Origin: the human T2T-CHM13v2.0 reference genome, Homo sapiens
DNA: 64,000 bases
Assembly (NCBI RefSeq): GCF_009914755.1
Contig: NC_060928.1
Strand: one strand, 5' to 3'
Numbering within the stretch: position 1 is the stretch's first letter; each line of letters starts with the position of its first letter. Of the stretch, positions 44,101-57,512 are shown piece after piece. Both the position numbers and the translations under genes were made by a program. The notes below the pieces were generated by a model that had not been told where the DNA came from, did not search any database, and saw nothing but the letters and a program-made list of their open reading frames with translations.

Positions 44101-45964
44101 TCTGATGGGCCCCTTGGAATGGGGTATTAGATTGAAATGCAAACATTCTGTCCCTTTTACTTGATCTTTTCTTTGACTATAGAAGCAGTAGAAACACACA
44201 TAGTTAGGAAAGCAGTACTTTGTATAACCAGTGTTATACCTGATCTTCTCCCCTGAATTCTGTGTCGATTCTCTGGTCTGCCCCTGGGTTCCTCCCAGAT
44301 TCAGTCAAAGCCTTCATGGAGCCCATCCCCCTGGAGGCTGCTACATACTCCCCACCCCCAACAGAGCATGTGCACACCAGCTGGGTGGTCGCTATGTTCC
44401 TGTAAGCACTGAGCGAGCCCTGTACCCAGCCCACCCTCTGGCCTTCCAATTGCATCAGGACTTGGCAAAGTACCTGTTCATGAACAGCTGAAAACCAAAC
44501 CCTTCCTTTACGACTAGATGAGAGACAGCTGCCTTGTTAGTAGGGCTGGTCCACTGGCCCAATCCTTTTTGAGACCCTGCTTTTATCTGGGTATTGAAGA
44601 CTAAGGAGTCCTTAGGAAATGCAGTTTTCCTCCTCCTACCTCTTAGACCACAGGAAGACATACCTCCCTGATGCCTGGGAAGTGAAGTTTCCTCAGTATT
44701 AACTATGCAACTTGTATCCTCATGGAATTCTTTCTCCTTTTGTCTCTTCCCCTTGGATTGTTCAGCAGGTCATGGACTTTCTTGAGTCACTTGTTCACCA
44801 GCAAGTAATTCCTCATGGTGGCAGATTTAAATCCCCTGGCAGTTTCTCAAGTCAGTGATAGGTGGCAGAACCTTAAACTCACCTAGAGGAGGTGAAGGGC
44901 TAAATGCAGAACACTTGGCGCTGGAGGATTCTGCTTCTCTCTTTTGGTGCCTTTCGTAACAAGTAAATGTTGTCCCAGAAAATCTAGAGACAGCGTTGAT
45001 TATGGTGGCAATAGTACCACCACCACTGGGCAGAAAGGGCTCAGCTGTCTCCCATCAAAGGGATGGGTTTCTCATATCATTCCCATCCCCTGGTGTTGCT
45101 AGTGCTGGGCTTGCCAGGCCCCTGGGATGCAAGTATGAGCCAGGGTTCTCTTCTGTGATGTGGAAACAGCTGCTGGTCTTGATTTCCAAGACCCTTTCAC
45201 ATTTGTGTCACTTTTCTGTGAAGTGCTTCAAAAAGCCTGAAATGCAGATACCATGAAAAGAGATTGGAGAAAGTTGAGAGCTCTTTGAGACAAAGCTTAG
45301 TGTAGTGGCTATTTGGTGACTTGGGAGCTATGCCGACCTACAGCTCATGAAAAGTGGGAGTCTTGTGCTCCACTGTAAGATGGGAGTCTCTAGGATGGAG
45401 AATTTGAGAATCCACTCATTTGTCTAAGTAAATCCATTTAGTTGATCGGACTGTCATTTTTAAAAATGTCTGGTTTGTATGTTTGGAATAATTTGTATAT
45501 GGTTGGTATATTTCTACTTTGGTGGTAAAATCCAGTGTGAAAGTTATCTGGGCCCATAGAATACTTGGAGGGAAGATATTTTGTTGTCTTAGTTTCCTTC
45601 ATAGAAAACTGAAAATATCCTATTACATATTTTAATCTACCTCAAGGCATTTGTGCCTATATGTTCAACACAATTTAAATGAGCATTGTCTGTAGTGTTT
45701 CTAAGTCTCAATGCTGGGATGCTAAGAAGATATGTGGCCTTTTTTGTTGCATTTATTTTATTCTGGATTAGGGTTTCTAGATATGGGATAGTTCTGAAGA
45801 CTCCTACTTGAAATACAAGGCAAGCAATGTGATTTATACTGTATTTCCCCTAAATGTTCAAACTTGAAACAAGAATTTTGGATGAGTACCATTTTTCTAA
45901 GATGCTGTGATAAGTGAACAATGAGTTAAAAACTTTTATAGTTCTAAAGAAGTAAGAAGTTTGA

Positions 45965-46351
<387 letters not shown>

Positions 46352-46471
46352 GCTCCTTCTCTTTAGTCACCTTTAGAGACCCCTGCACTCCTTGACTTGT
46401 GGCTCTTTCTGCAACCTTTAGTGTGGGGACCCTCCTCAGCCTCAGAGATGGGGGACCGCAGAGTTAGCAAT

Positions 46472-46810
46472 TGTTTTTGTTCATTTTCATGCTGCTGATA
46501 AACATACCCGAGACTGGGAAGAAAAAGAGGTTTAGTAGACTTACAGTTGCACTTGGCTAGGGAAGCCTCACAATCATAGCAGGAGACAAGGAGGAGCAAG
46601 TCATGTGTGTTACATGGATGGCAGTAGACAAAGAGAACTTGTTCAGGGAAAGAAAGTCCCCCTTACAAAACCATCAGATTGCATGAGACTATCATGAGAA
46701 CAGCATGGGGAAGACTTGCCCCCATGATTCTATTACCTCCCACCAGGTACCACCCACAACACCCGGGAATTCAAGATGAGATTCAGTGGCAACATAGCCA
46801 AACCATATCA
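46472..46810 (-). mobile_element. THE1B/C solo LTR
   Basis: CATACCCGAGACTGGG...CAAGATGAGATT...CCAAACCATATCA. TSD GCAAT / GCAGT. Confidence 0.9.
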
Positions 46811-49800
46811 GCAGTACACCTTAATCTTTTTCTCACCTCTGATGCTCCCTCCTTCTCTCACTTTCTTTTCCGACAGTGATCCCTGGACCATCCACGGTAA
46901 CTTTTGTGTACCCTGAAGTCAGCTGATTATCAACCTCAATTCCATGTGTTGCCCTCATTTTCCCCTTGTCATGTAGTATACCAAGTTCATGGGTTCTAAG
47001 GATTAGAATGTTAGAGGACCATTAATCTGCCTGCTTTATTGGTTTTTAATTTGGAAGTTGTCCCAGGAAACCCAGAGGAGGAAAGTGAACAGGAGGTGGG
47101 GTGGAGAGAAGAGTCACTGGGTTGTTCGGATTGAGCTGGTCACTTTACAGAGCTGACCAGGGCTCAGTCCTGATGGGAACCCTTGAGCAGAATGAATAAT
47201 ACGTCTTAGAAAATTCCTCCTGGGAACAAGTCTGTTTTTACCCACCAATTCTATTTCCACTGTCCTTGAATTTTCTCCAAGACCTCACTTCCCCTGCACT
47301 GCTGAGATTTGCCTCTGAAAATAAGCAGGCCCCTCTGCAGGTGGAAGGTGTGGTGTAAGGATCCCAGTCATTCTAGAACAATGTTCAACAGGCTGGGTCT
47401 CCCCATCAGCAGAAGATGGTTGGACTGAGCGCCTACTGAAGCCAGGATCTCTCTACTTCATCTTCCTGTGACAGGCACTTTTCTTCCTCTCCTGGAATGA
47501 AATTGTTTTCACACCCCTGTATCTCAGTCAGCCTTGTCCCTTGTCTGCCTCCTGCAATGTCTGTTTCTATTAAGTACCTAAGAGTTTTTAAAAAACACTG
47601 AGAAAAATAGAGCTGAACATACTTTATATTCAAAGGAGGATTTGTCTTTTAAATCTCATGCTTTTTTTTCTTCCACAAATATAGGTGGAAATGTATGCTT
47701 AAAGAGCTAAAACTTCATCTACCTCCCATGTCAAATCACATATCATATGCTGTTTTCATAACAGATGTAGAAGAAATTTTCAACACTTAGTCCTTCATTG
47801 CGATGTAATGCAGGATGTAGGGTTAGATTCCCACTTGGGGGAATATAGTACATCACACATTGCTTTCTTTGCTACTTAATCTATGTCCTGTAGGGATAAA
47901 CAGGATCTAAACTACCTAAACATTGAGTATTGTTCAGGTGTACTTCTACCCTGTTCTTGAGCTTCTAAGAACGGTCAGCATCTCGTTTGAAATTGAGTGA
48001 TTAATGCTTTTTTGGTGGGAAGAACTTTTCCCCTCCAACGTGGTATTTCTGCTCCCTTGAAATGGCAGTGACTCTGGCCAAAAGAACTCTGGCTCCCAAG
48101 TCAAATGCATAGGGTTGAATGAAGAAGGAAGAATGAGCTGGTGTGCACCCCTTCTTTCTTGCAGTCCCTGGTGGGAATAACCCAGGTGCCTGGATTCCCC
48201 CCCCCCCATACTAGGTGCTGCATTCCCCATGGAAGCTGCTGGCTAACGTGATTGGTTTTAACTGTGCTAACTTCTGTATGTGGCTTTTTACTTCAATTAC
48301 CTCATCCTGTCCACACAGCCTAGGTTGTCCTTTGATCGCTGTCAGATACAGCTGTTCTGTGGGTGCATGATGGTAATTATCAAAGGAGTATTTGCAGTGC
48401 TCTTGGTGAGGTTTCTCACCACCTAACTGCTCTGCTCCATTTTATCCACAGGGAGGTTCCACTGGATGTGGATGGCATGGGCAGTATTGACTGAGCCTGG
48501 ATCAGTGCAGTCTTTCCTCTCAGGATCCCACATCCAAGGCTCCAATCTGGTGTTCAGGCTTCTCTGCCATGAGCTCCCTTTGCTGTGGTGAAAGTAGAGG
48601 TTGAGGGCCCTGTGGCGTTCATGCTATAAGACTGACCATCCCAAGGCCCTCAGTGTTTTCCTCCACCTCTCAATGACCTTCAGTTGAGCACCAGACACAT
48701 CTGCTTGTGGTCTTCAGAGTCTGTCATCTTTATGGGCCAGCTCTGATTTTCTTTTGTGGGATGAGCTGGTTGAAGGTAACATATTTGGCTAGCTCACAGG
48801 ACTCCTTCATGTTTTCTGTGATACAGAATCAAGGTCTGTAGAAGCCTGGCCTCAGGATAGTCACACAGGTGACTGTGACAGGTGTGGCAGGTCAGTTCCA
48901 TCCTTTATGACTGGGCAGTTCCTCTTGTGATGCCTTTGGGAAAAGTGGATGAGATCCACCTTGATCCTGTTCTGCCTGAAAGTCTTAATCCCATAGCCCT
49001 AACTCTTTAAAGTCCTGCCTAAAAGAGAAAATAAGTTATTCTTTCAGGTATCTGAATGTTGGGAGTGGCATAAAATGTATTAAATTTGACTACATCAGTA
49101 ATACAACACTGTATGTTCCAGGCCTATTTGTTAGTGCTCGCAAAAGCCAATGATTAGGAAGTCCTGAATTCTCAATGTAATCAAGGTCATAGTCTATGTT
49201 CCAATTCACAATATTTTATACTGATGGAAATAATTGTTTCCTATATACATAATGCATGGAACTGTTATCTATTGTTCCTTGTGATTTTGATAAATCATAC
49301 AGTTGGATGAGCTGTCTGGGCACAGCAGGGTCCGTAGGTTTGAACCTCACGAAGAGTGCTCTGAACCCAAATGCCTGGAAGTCCTATTCTTCTCTCTCCT
49401 TACACTTTGGGCCCAAGGAGGAGGGCAATGTTTGAATGATTGAAGTAAATAAGTTCTGTTTCCTTGTCTTCATTTTAGCCTTTGTACTTTCCTCTGATCA
49501 TCAGGAAATCTACCTGTTCTCTTCAGCTCTGTTCTAGAATTTATCCTACCTATTTTTAAACAGTAGTATTTGGCTTAATATTTTTCTGTTATGACTTCAT
49601 GTTGCTTTGTTTGCTTAATGCTTGCTCTTCTTTGAGGATGTCAACTCTATATGCCAACTTCTTGATCTTATTTTCATAATTCATTAAAGTTTTCTTAAAA
49701 TGTTTGTCCCCTTTAAATTACTCATCTCTTTATCCTGTAGTTCTGGTAGTGGCTACAAAACCTGTCTGTATGTATTGGTGAGGAGGCTCTTTCAGGAAAG

Positions 49801-51314
49801 GTTTCTGTTCTGTAATTGAGGCGGCATTCATCAGGATGGAGGGTCTATAACCTACATCTGTGTTTCCTACAAAGTTGTAACATTTCAGGTGTCGTTCCCA
49901 AAACTTCCCTAGCAAAATCTGAGTGGTGGAAGTTTGGGCCTGAATGTCCCCTGTAGTTTATATCTGGATGCCTTTGGCACCAATAAAAACATGACTGTGG
50001 CCCAGGCAAGGGAAGGTTTTCATCATGGGGCAACGTTGTGCTGAATTCTGATACTTTTCTAGTTCCACGATGTCGTACGGCTGCAGTTAACCCTTAGGTC
50101 AGAACTGGATCCAATGGTGTTTGCTGGGTGGGAGAGATGGCTATTGGTCTTCCAGGCCTGAGATTTGGTCACTTTTTTCCCCCAAAGAAATTGACATACA
50201 GAGTTGATAACCTCCAAGACGGGGGAGCAGACATTAAGCAAACGAAGCAACAATACAAAGTCATAACACAGATGACATGATGAATTTGTCTTAGTCCACT
50301 TGTGAACTGAGACAAGTACCCTTGGTCAGCAGAGGGTTCAGCAAGCATGAGACCCTTCATCTTTTACACTGACAAACTTCCCTGTGAAGCTCCAGGAGCT
50401 TCGTTGCCAGCTGGGAAGTCTGAGGATTTGGTGTCTTAATTCCTCTGGCTGTAAAGCTGGTTCAAGCTGTGTACTTACTGAGTCGTCTTGGTCCTCAGGA
50501 ATGAATCCAAGTGATTCCAGAGTGGCCTGTGTTAACCACTCCTATTAAAGAGGTGAGGTCAGTTCAGTCTTGACAGTTTTTCAGAGGCTGATATCATGTT
50601 GCCAATCATTTCTGTGGGAACAGATTTCTGAATTTGTGCCTGCTTCTTTGGATGTATTGTATATTCCAGATATTTCTTCCTTCCTTAGAAAACAAAGCTA
50701 TAAGCCTGTTTGATTCAGGCTGTACTCAAATGATTGGTGGTAAAATATGCCCAGACTTGATTATGACAGCCTAGCACTAAAGACTACTCCAGGTAAGGTG
50801 CTTGCAGTTGTATTTTTTGTTATCTTTGCTGGCATCTCATTAGTCATTCAATACTTGGGGCAGGCTCAACTACTTTCCCTTCTAGTTTTCTTCCTTCATT
50901 AGACCTGTCTCTTGCTTTTTGATCCTAGTGCTAGTGAATGGTCACCTTGATGTTGAGATGCATTCAGAATGGAACTTAGTTCTTTCTTGGTATGAGGTAG
51001 AGCAAGTATTGTAGTAGAAAAAGGAAGGTTGTGGCTGCCTGAGTCTATTCTCTGAAAGCTTTCAGTGTAAAACAAGTCTTCTGTCTAAAGCTGGTATGCA
51101 ATGGGGGCTTGGGTCCCTTCAGCAAGTTATGAGAACAAGCTCATTCCCACTTACTATGCATCATCAATAACCCACATTCCTAGAAGGGTCTCCTGAAACA
51201 CTCGTGGTCAGGGAGTGCTGTTCAATACTGGGTCAATGGAGGTCTCAGATTGTGAAAAAAAATCCAGGTTTGGAAGACACTCAATAAACTGTCACTTAAA
51301 GAGAAAATATCAGA

Positions 51315-51620
<306 letters not shown>

Positions 51621-54600
51621 AGATCAGAGATAGCCTTTTTGCCCAAAACACACATTCCTGAAAATCCCCATTAAACAGGAGTCTGTGGGAGCAGGTCTGG
51701 GTTGGCCTCTGCGGGAACATAGTGTTTCCTCCAGGCACAGGGCATCTGAGGACCTACTGCTCAGGTGACATGGGTGTGTTGGAATCAGTGAGATGTCACC
51801 TTGTTTCAGATCATTCCATGGACCCACTGATGGGACCTTAGAGTTTAAACTGTGTATACATTACCTGCCATGCCATTGGTTATTAGTCCCCAACTAGATA
51901 CATCTCTTAAGTTTCCTATGTGGTTCATGCTCTAAAAAGAACTTTAGTGGAATATAACACCCCTTTGGGTGCTCCACTATCTCACACTACCACTTTAAAT
52001 TGTCAAAGGAGCACTTCCCCGGAGGCTTAACCACTCATGCAAGGACCAGTTAGCACTACTGATAAATTACATTTTTCCTTGTGTGGATTTAGCTTTCTTT
52101 CCTTGCCTCTTTTTACTCTACCTGCTAATTATCATTGAAAGTTCCTTGGTAACATAACTACAGCCTTAAAAGTGCCCTCCACTAATACTCTATGGAGAAT
52201 TTTGTGCTTTTGAGGTTAATGGTTTGCTGCTGCTTGGAATTCTTTGCAGGTCAACTGTGTTGATTAGAGTGATCTGAGGGATGTCACTGAGGTGGGATGT
52301 CAGCTTATGGTGGTTATTCCCCATTTTGCATGAATATCATGTCTTGTCAATGAGAGAATAAGTTGTCTTTGCAGAAGAATAAGAAGAAATTGATTTCCTT
52401 TTTCATATGAAGACAATAATATACTAAGGTAGGAATGAGGGTTATGTGCCTCCTACCCCAAAAATCTTAGAAATGTGTCGTTCCCTTCCAGGTTGGACAT
52501 CCTGGTCCATTAGCTTGAGTTGCTGTATCTGCCCTGGGCAGGCTGATCCAGGAGTAGATGGTGATGGTAGCTGGCCTGAGGAGGGGCTGCAAACTTCTAA
52601 AAAAATATAGGTTCCTTTGATCCTACAGGAGCTGAAGTCCTCAGGATTCATCTGGAATAAAGTGATTTCTGTGCTAACTCCCAATTAGTTGGGTACATCA
52701 CTGCCCTTTCTGTTCTGGGGTATGGAGGTATTAGCTTGAGTAACAACTGACCTTTAGGATCTTGTTCCTTTGGTTCTGCTATGTGTGACTGGTCAACTTG
52801 ATAGTGTGTAACATTCAGAATGAAAAACGGGTACTGTTGTCCCTTTATATGTGGGGTCTATTTTCAGGACCCTCTGCAGATGCTCAAATTCCTTACACAA
52901 AATAGCTTAGTGTTTGCCTACTATAACCTATGCACATAATCCTGTGTCTTTAATCTCTAGATTACTTATGATACCAATTGCCATGTACATGTGATGTAAA
53001 TGGTTGTTACACTGTATTTATGGAATAGTGACAAAGTCTAAAGTGCTTACATATCCCATAGATAGGCAACCATGCTAGCTGAAAGTATGTAGTATACATC
53101 AGCAGTAATGTAACATCCTTCAACACTCTAGCTGTTTTTATGGAGTTACCTGAGAGTGTGTTAACACTCCCCAAAACCCTGGTTCTTCTCTCCAAGTAAC
53201 CTTTTTGTGATGATCCTTGCTGTATGGTGCCTACAGTGCTCACAGTGAGGTGACAAGATGTGTGTTACTGTACAAAAGCAATGAGACATCAGCCTAAATT
53301 GAACCTTCTAACAGGACACGAGAAAAATCACCTATGTCAGAAGACCCAGGTTGGGGTTGCGGACGTCGATGTTGTCGTTGGAGATTCCATAATACTTAAT
53401 GTGAAGATAGGAGGAGGAGGGCTGAGCATCTTCAAGTACTGACTGTTGAGGCTTCACAAATGCTGAGACTGTCGTTAGAAATGTGGTTATGGGAAGCTGT
53501 TTCTCTTCCTTGCAACATCACAGAAATCCTTCCGTGCTTATAAGTACATTCTTCCTCAGATGACAGAGGCTTCCCTCCACTGAAGGATGGTGCTCAAGAA
53601 TCATACCTTCTAACTCATGTGCCTGTTGAAAACATACTGTAAATATCAATGTGATTATTTTGCAATGCTCCAAATAGAAAGTGCAAGGTGTGGTCTTGAA
53701 TGCACAGGTTGGGACCTGAAATCAAACAGGTAAGAAGTAAATGTTGATGTGTTTCCAAACCTGTGATCTAGAGAGGTAAGTTTGAAGAGGAGGTGGGAAT
53801 GGCTAAGTTTAGACTAGGTCTGTCTTGTCCATATCTTTGACGTGAAGCTTCAGGAAAGTCATGGGTATGGAGAAACTGGCAACAGTGTCCAGGGAGTGAG
53901 TGAGGCTTTCTATGTTCCTGTGTTGAAGTTCAACCCACTGTATTCCAGAGGCTTTCTAATACTCTCTACCTCCTCTTTGTGTGTTTCCTAAGGGTAAGGA
54001 TGGAGCTTGTTTCTGATCCATGTGTGACCAGATCTATTCTACCTACTTTGGACCTTGCCTTCAATTTATAAAACCCTGTGTTAACAAGGACTTTACTACT
54101 CTAAGTCTTGTGGAGTCTTCTTGGTAAATGAATGGGGGTATGTAGACCTATCTTGGGGTCGTACCTGGACTCTGAAGGATACAGTTCAGTCTTTGAGTTT
54201 CAACAGCCCCAGTCCTGTGTTTCTAACAGTCTTCCAGGTATGAAATACCATCAAGGGATAACCACTGCCCTGGAACATAAATGCTGGGAGAAGGACACTG
54301 CCTGCTCCTCCTCCATAGCTCCTTGTTCATGGTTGACATTTGGTACTGGGCACTACCCCCATATCTGCTGAGACAGTGAATTTCTCTATATTGTCCCCTC
54401 ATGTAGCATATTGGTCACATCGGCCTGTTTTCACAGCTGTGTTTTCAGTGAGTTTGATTCTTTAGGCCATGTTCAGATGGTTTTCAAAATGTAGTTGTCT
54501 TGAGGAATGCCTTGAGAACTTGGCCATCATCATGAGTGAGGCTTTTTCTACCCCTATCCTGAGCTTTCCTTCAATGGGAATATATTTCAATGTAAATGCA

Positions 54601-54687
54601 GTGTTCTGCAGGAATTTCGGTATGGTTTCTTTCATAGTATTTTATAGTCAGGATGGGGCCACAGGCATGATGCTGACCTCAGCAGCT

Positions 54688-54966
54688 GTGTTGATTGTTG
54701 TGATCTGTGGGATGTCACTGAACTTCCCAGACTCTGCTTCACCTGCCCACACATGGCAGAATAAAGAATTCCATGGCTCCTGAGGTTTTTAAATAGCAGG
54801 AATGGGACAGGATTAGTCCTTCTGCAGTGTGTTGGAGTGATATGGGGAATGTCACTGAACCACCCAACCTCTGATTCACCTGCCCACACGTGGCAGAAAT
54901 AAAGAATTCTATGGCTCCTGGGGCTCTTAAACATCAGGAACCGGGACAGGATTAGTTCTTCTGCAG
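54688..54966 (+). repeat. ~138-bp tandem duplication specific to U5
   Basis: ATGTCACTGAAC...TTCACCTGCCCACAC.TGGCAGAA(A)TAAAGAATTC.ATGGCTCCTG...GGGACAGGATTAGT.CTTCTGCAG occurs twice. Confidence 0.9.
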
Positions 54967-55697
54967 CAGGACTGTTCATGTTCCATAGCTGAAGATTCTT
55001 CCTTCCATCATCTTGTGATGGCCTCTACCTTCTTCACCCGTGTGGATTCTAGTGAATACTGTCCTGGGAAGTGATATATTCTCCTTTAGAACAGCCAGGA
55101 CTGAATGAAATGGAAGAGAAATATGTTTGACATGGTCCTGCTGCATCCATTGCAATAAATCCTTGGTTAAGGTGGTTCTAGAAACTGATGGGACAATGTG
55201 AGCGATTCCAAAGCTATTTTGCTTTTGCTTTGCCGGCAGGTATGTATGGGTTTCCTGTGATCCTCATTCTCCCACCCAGTCATGACCACAGCCTGGAATT
55301 TGCTTTAATGTGTCTGCCTGATACTGTTGCACCTTAGGTGTTGTAAGGAATCCTTCCCTGGGTATTCGAGGTAGCCTATGTGAGGTTCTCAGCCCTAGAT
55401 ATTGTGGTCGAGACTTCAGCTCTAATTTATCTAGACACGTGCACAGAATATTGTCACATGGGCAGTGTTTATTTTGAGCCTCATTTCTTAGATCACTGAG
55501 TGTCAATATTGAGCCCACATTTACACACACGACCTCTGTTCTCTGGCTCTTCAATAAGCTGCCATGAAATTAACTCCCAAGTGGTGTTTTCAAGGCACAC
55601 AGATTTAGTATTTAAAGTGGTGGAACTTTCAGATGACAGCTTTTAAGAAATCTGTTTCCCACCCTGCTGTTGGTTTTGGTTGCTTTGAGAATGAGGA

Positions 55698-56090
55698 TGT
55701 TGCAGAATTTTTTTCCTTAGTTCAGCTAAAACTAGGTTCTTTTTACATGACCAGGAAAATTTAGGCATGCAGACACACTGAAGGGTGAATAGGGCAAGAT
55801 TTTATTGGGTGAAAAAGGAAAAAAAGAAAACTCAGCAAAGCGAGATGGAGTCCTGCTAACAGGTCCCCTGCCCCCACCCCACAGGACACACCACAGGAAC
55901 TGCAGAGGCCAGGCTCCTCCCTCTGCCTGTGGCTCCACCCCAGTCCCCCAGTGCGCATGTGGGCAGGCTCAGACAAGGCCCTGGGCAGGTTCCCTCATCT
56001 GCACAAGAGCATCTGATGTAAACACTTGTGGGGCAGGTCAGAGATTTGCCAGGGACCCCTTAGTATCTACCTAAGCATTTGGTTGTCTCA
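55698..56090 (-). mobile_element. MER61-like ERV1 solo LTR
   Basis: TGTTGCAGAATTTTTTTCCTTAGTTCAGCTAAAAC...GGTTGTCTCA. TSD AGGA / AAGA. Empty sites at ~12505 and ~44005. Confidence 0.8.
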
Positions 56091-56587
56091 AAGACACATG
56101 GGTGTCTGAGCCACAAGTAAAGGGCAAGGAGGTGACCCTGATTCGAAATGCCTGAGGGCTTGACCTTTAACCCTGCTCTGAGAGGCCTTTGGGAACAGGG
56201 TGTCTGAGTGAATGACATGTTAATTTCTTTCCCATTTGTTTACCTTGCTATTTTTTCCATTACGGAGGCAGTAAGAATGTCAGGGATTAGTACAGTGGTT
56301 TTTATCATTCATGTTATAGGCATTCCTATCTCTGAATGCTCTGTGGCTTGGAGATTCTCTGGCCCACACAGCTGCAATTCTGACTCTGTGGTTCATGTTT
56401 CCATAAGATCACCCTTCAGTTTCATCAGATGAGAGCTCTCACAGTGTCTAATTTATGCCTCTGCTGTTGGGGTGAGGAACTTATATCCAGATTGAATTGT
56501 TGATCTTATCCAACATACTAAGGGGATTTTGACATAAACAAGTATTCTCTTCTTGATGTAAAGTTATAACAATAAGATGAATGTTAA

Positions 56588-57512
56588 GGCACCCTACAGA
56601 ATGGGCAAAAATTTTTGCAATCTACTCATCTGACAAAGGGCTAATATCCAGAATCTACAAAGAACTTAAACAAATTTACAAGAAAAAAATCAAACAACCC
56701 CATCAAAAAGTGGGCAAAGGATATCAACAGACACTTCTCAAAAGAAGACATTTACGCAGCCAACAGACACATGAAAAAATGCTCATCACCGCCCATCAGA
56801 GAAATGCAAATCAAAACCACAATGAGATACCATCTCACACCAGTTAGAATGGCCATCATTAAAAAGTCAGGAAACAACAGGTGCTGGAGAGGATGTGGAG
56901 AAATAGGAACACTTATACTCTGTTGGAGGGACTGTAAACTAGTTCAACCATTGTGGAAGTCATTGTGGTGATTCCTCAGGGATCTAGAACTAGAAATACC
57001 ATTTGACCCAGCCATCCCATTACTTGGGTATATACCCAAGGGATTATAAATGATGCTGTTTAAAGACACATGCACACGTATGTTTATTGCAGCACTATTC
57101 ATAATAGCAAAGACTTGGAACCAACCCAAACGTCCAACAACGATAGACTGGATTAAGAAAATGTGGCACATATACACCATGGAATACTATGCAGCCATAA
57201 AAAATGAGTTCATGTCCTTTGTAGGGACATGGATGAAGCTGGAAACCATCATTCTCAGCAAACTATCACAAGGACAAAAAACCAAACACCGCATGTTCTC
57301 ACTCATAGGTGGGAATTGAACAATGACAACACATGGACACAGGAAGGGGAACATCACACATGGAAGCCTTTTGTGGGGTGGGGGGAGGGATAGCATTAGG
57401 AAATATACCTAATGTAAATGACAAGTTAATGGGTGCAGCACACCAACATGGCACAAGTATACATATGTAACCTGCATGTTGTGCACATGTACTCTAGAGC
57501 TTAAAGTATAAT
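56588..57512 (+). mobile_element. L1PA 3' fragment
   Basis: ORF2 C-terminus ([22 protein letters not shown]) plus 3'UTR. 13-bp TSD AGATGAATGTTAA (56575-56587, 57513-57525). Poly(A) essentially absent. Confidence 0.95.

Larger units (their letters stand above)
29593..44410 (+). repeat. Array unit U4 (most diverged; hosts the L1PB/MER50/LTR18 nest)
   Basis: Anchors at 29593, 29911, 30609, ~34516, 35141, 36075, 41457, 44060. Confidence 0.85.
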
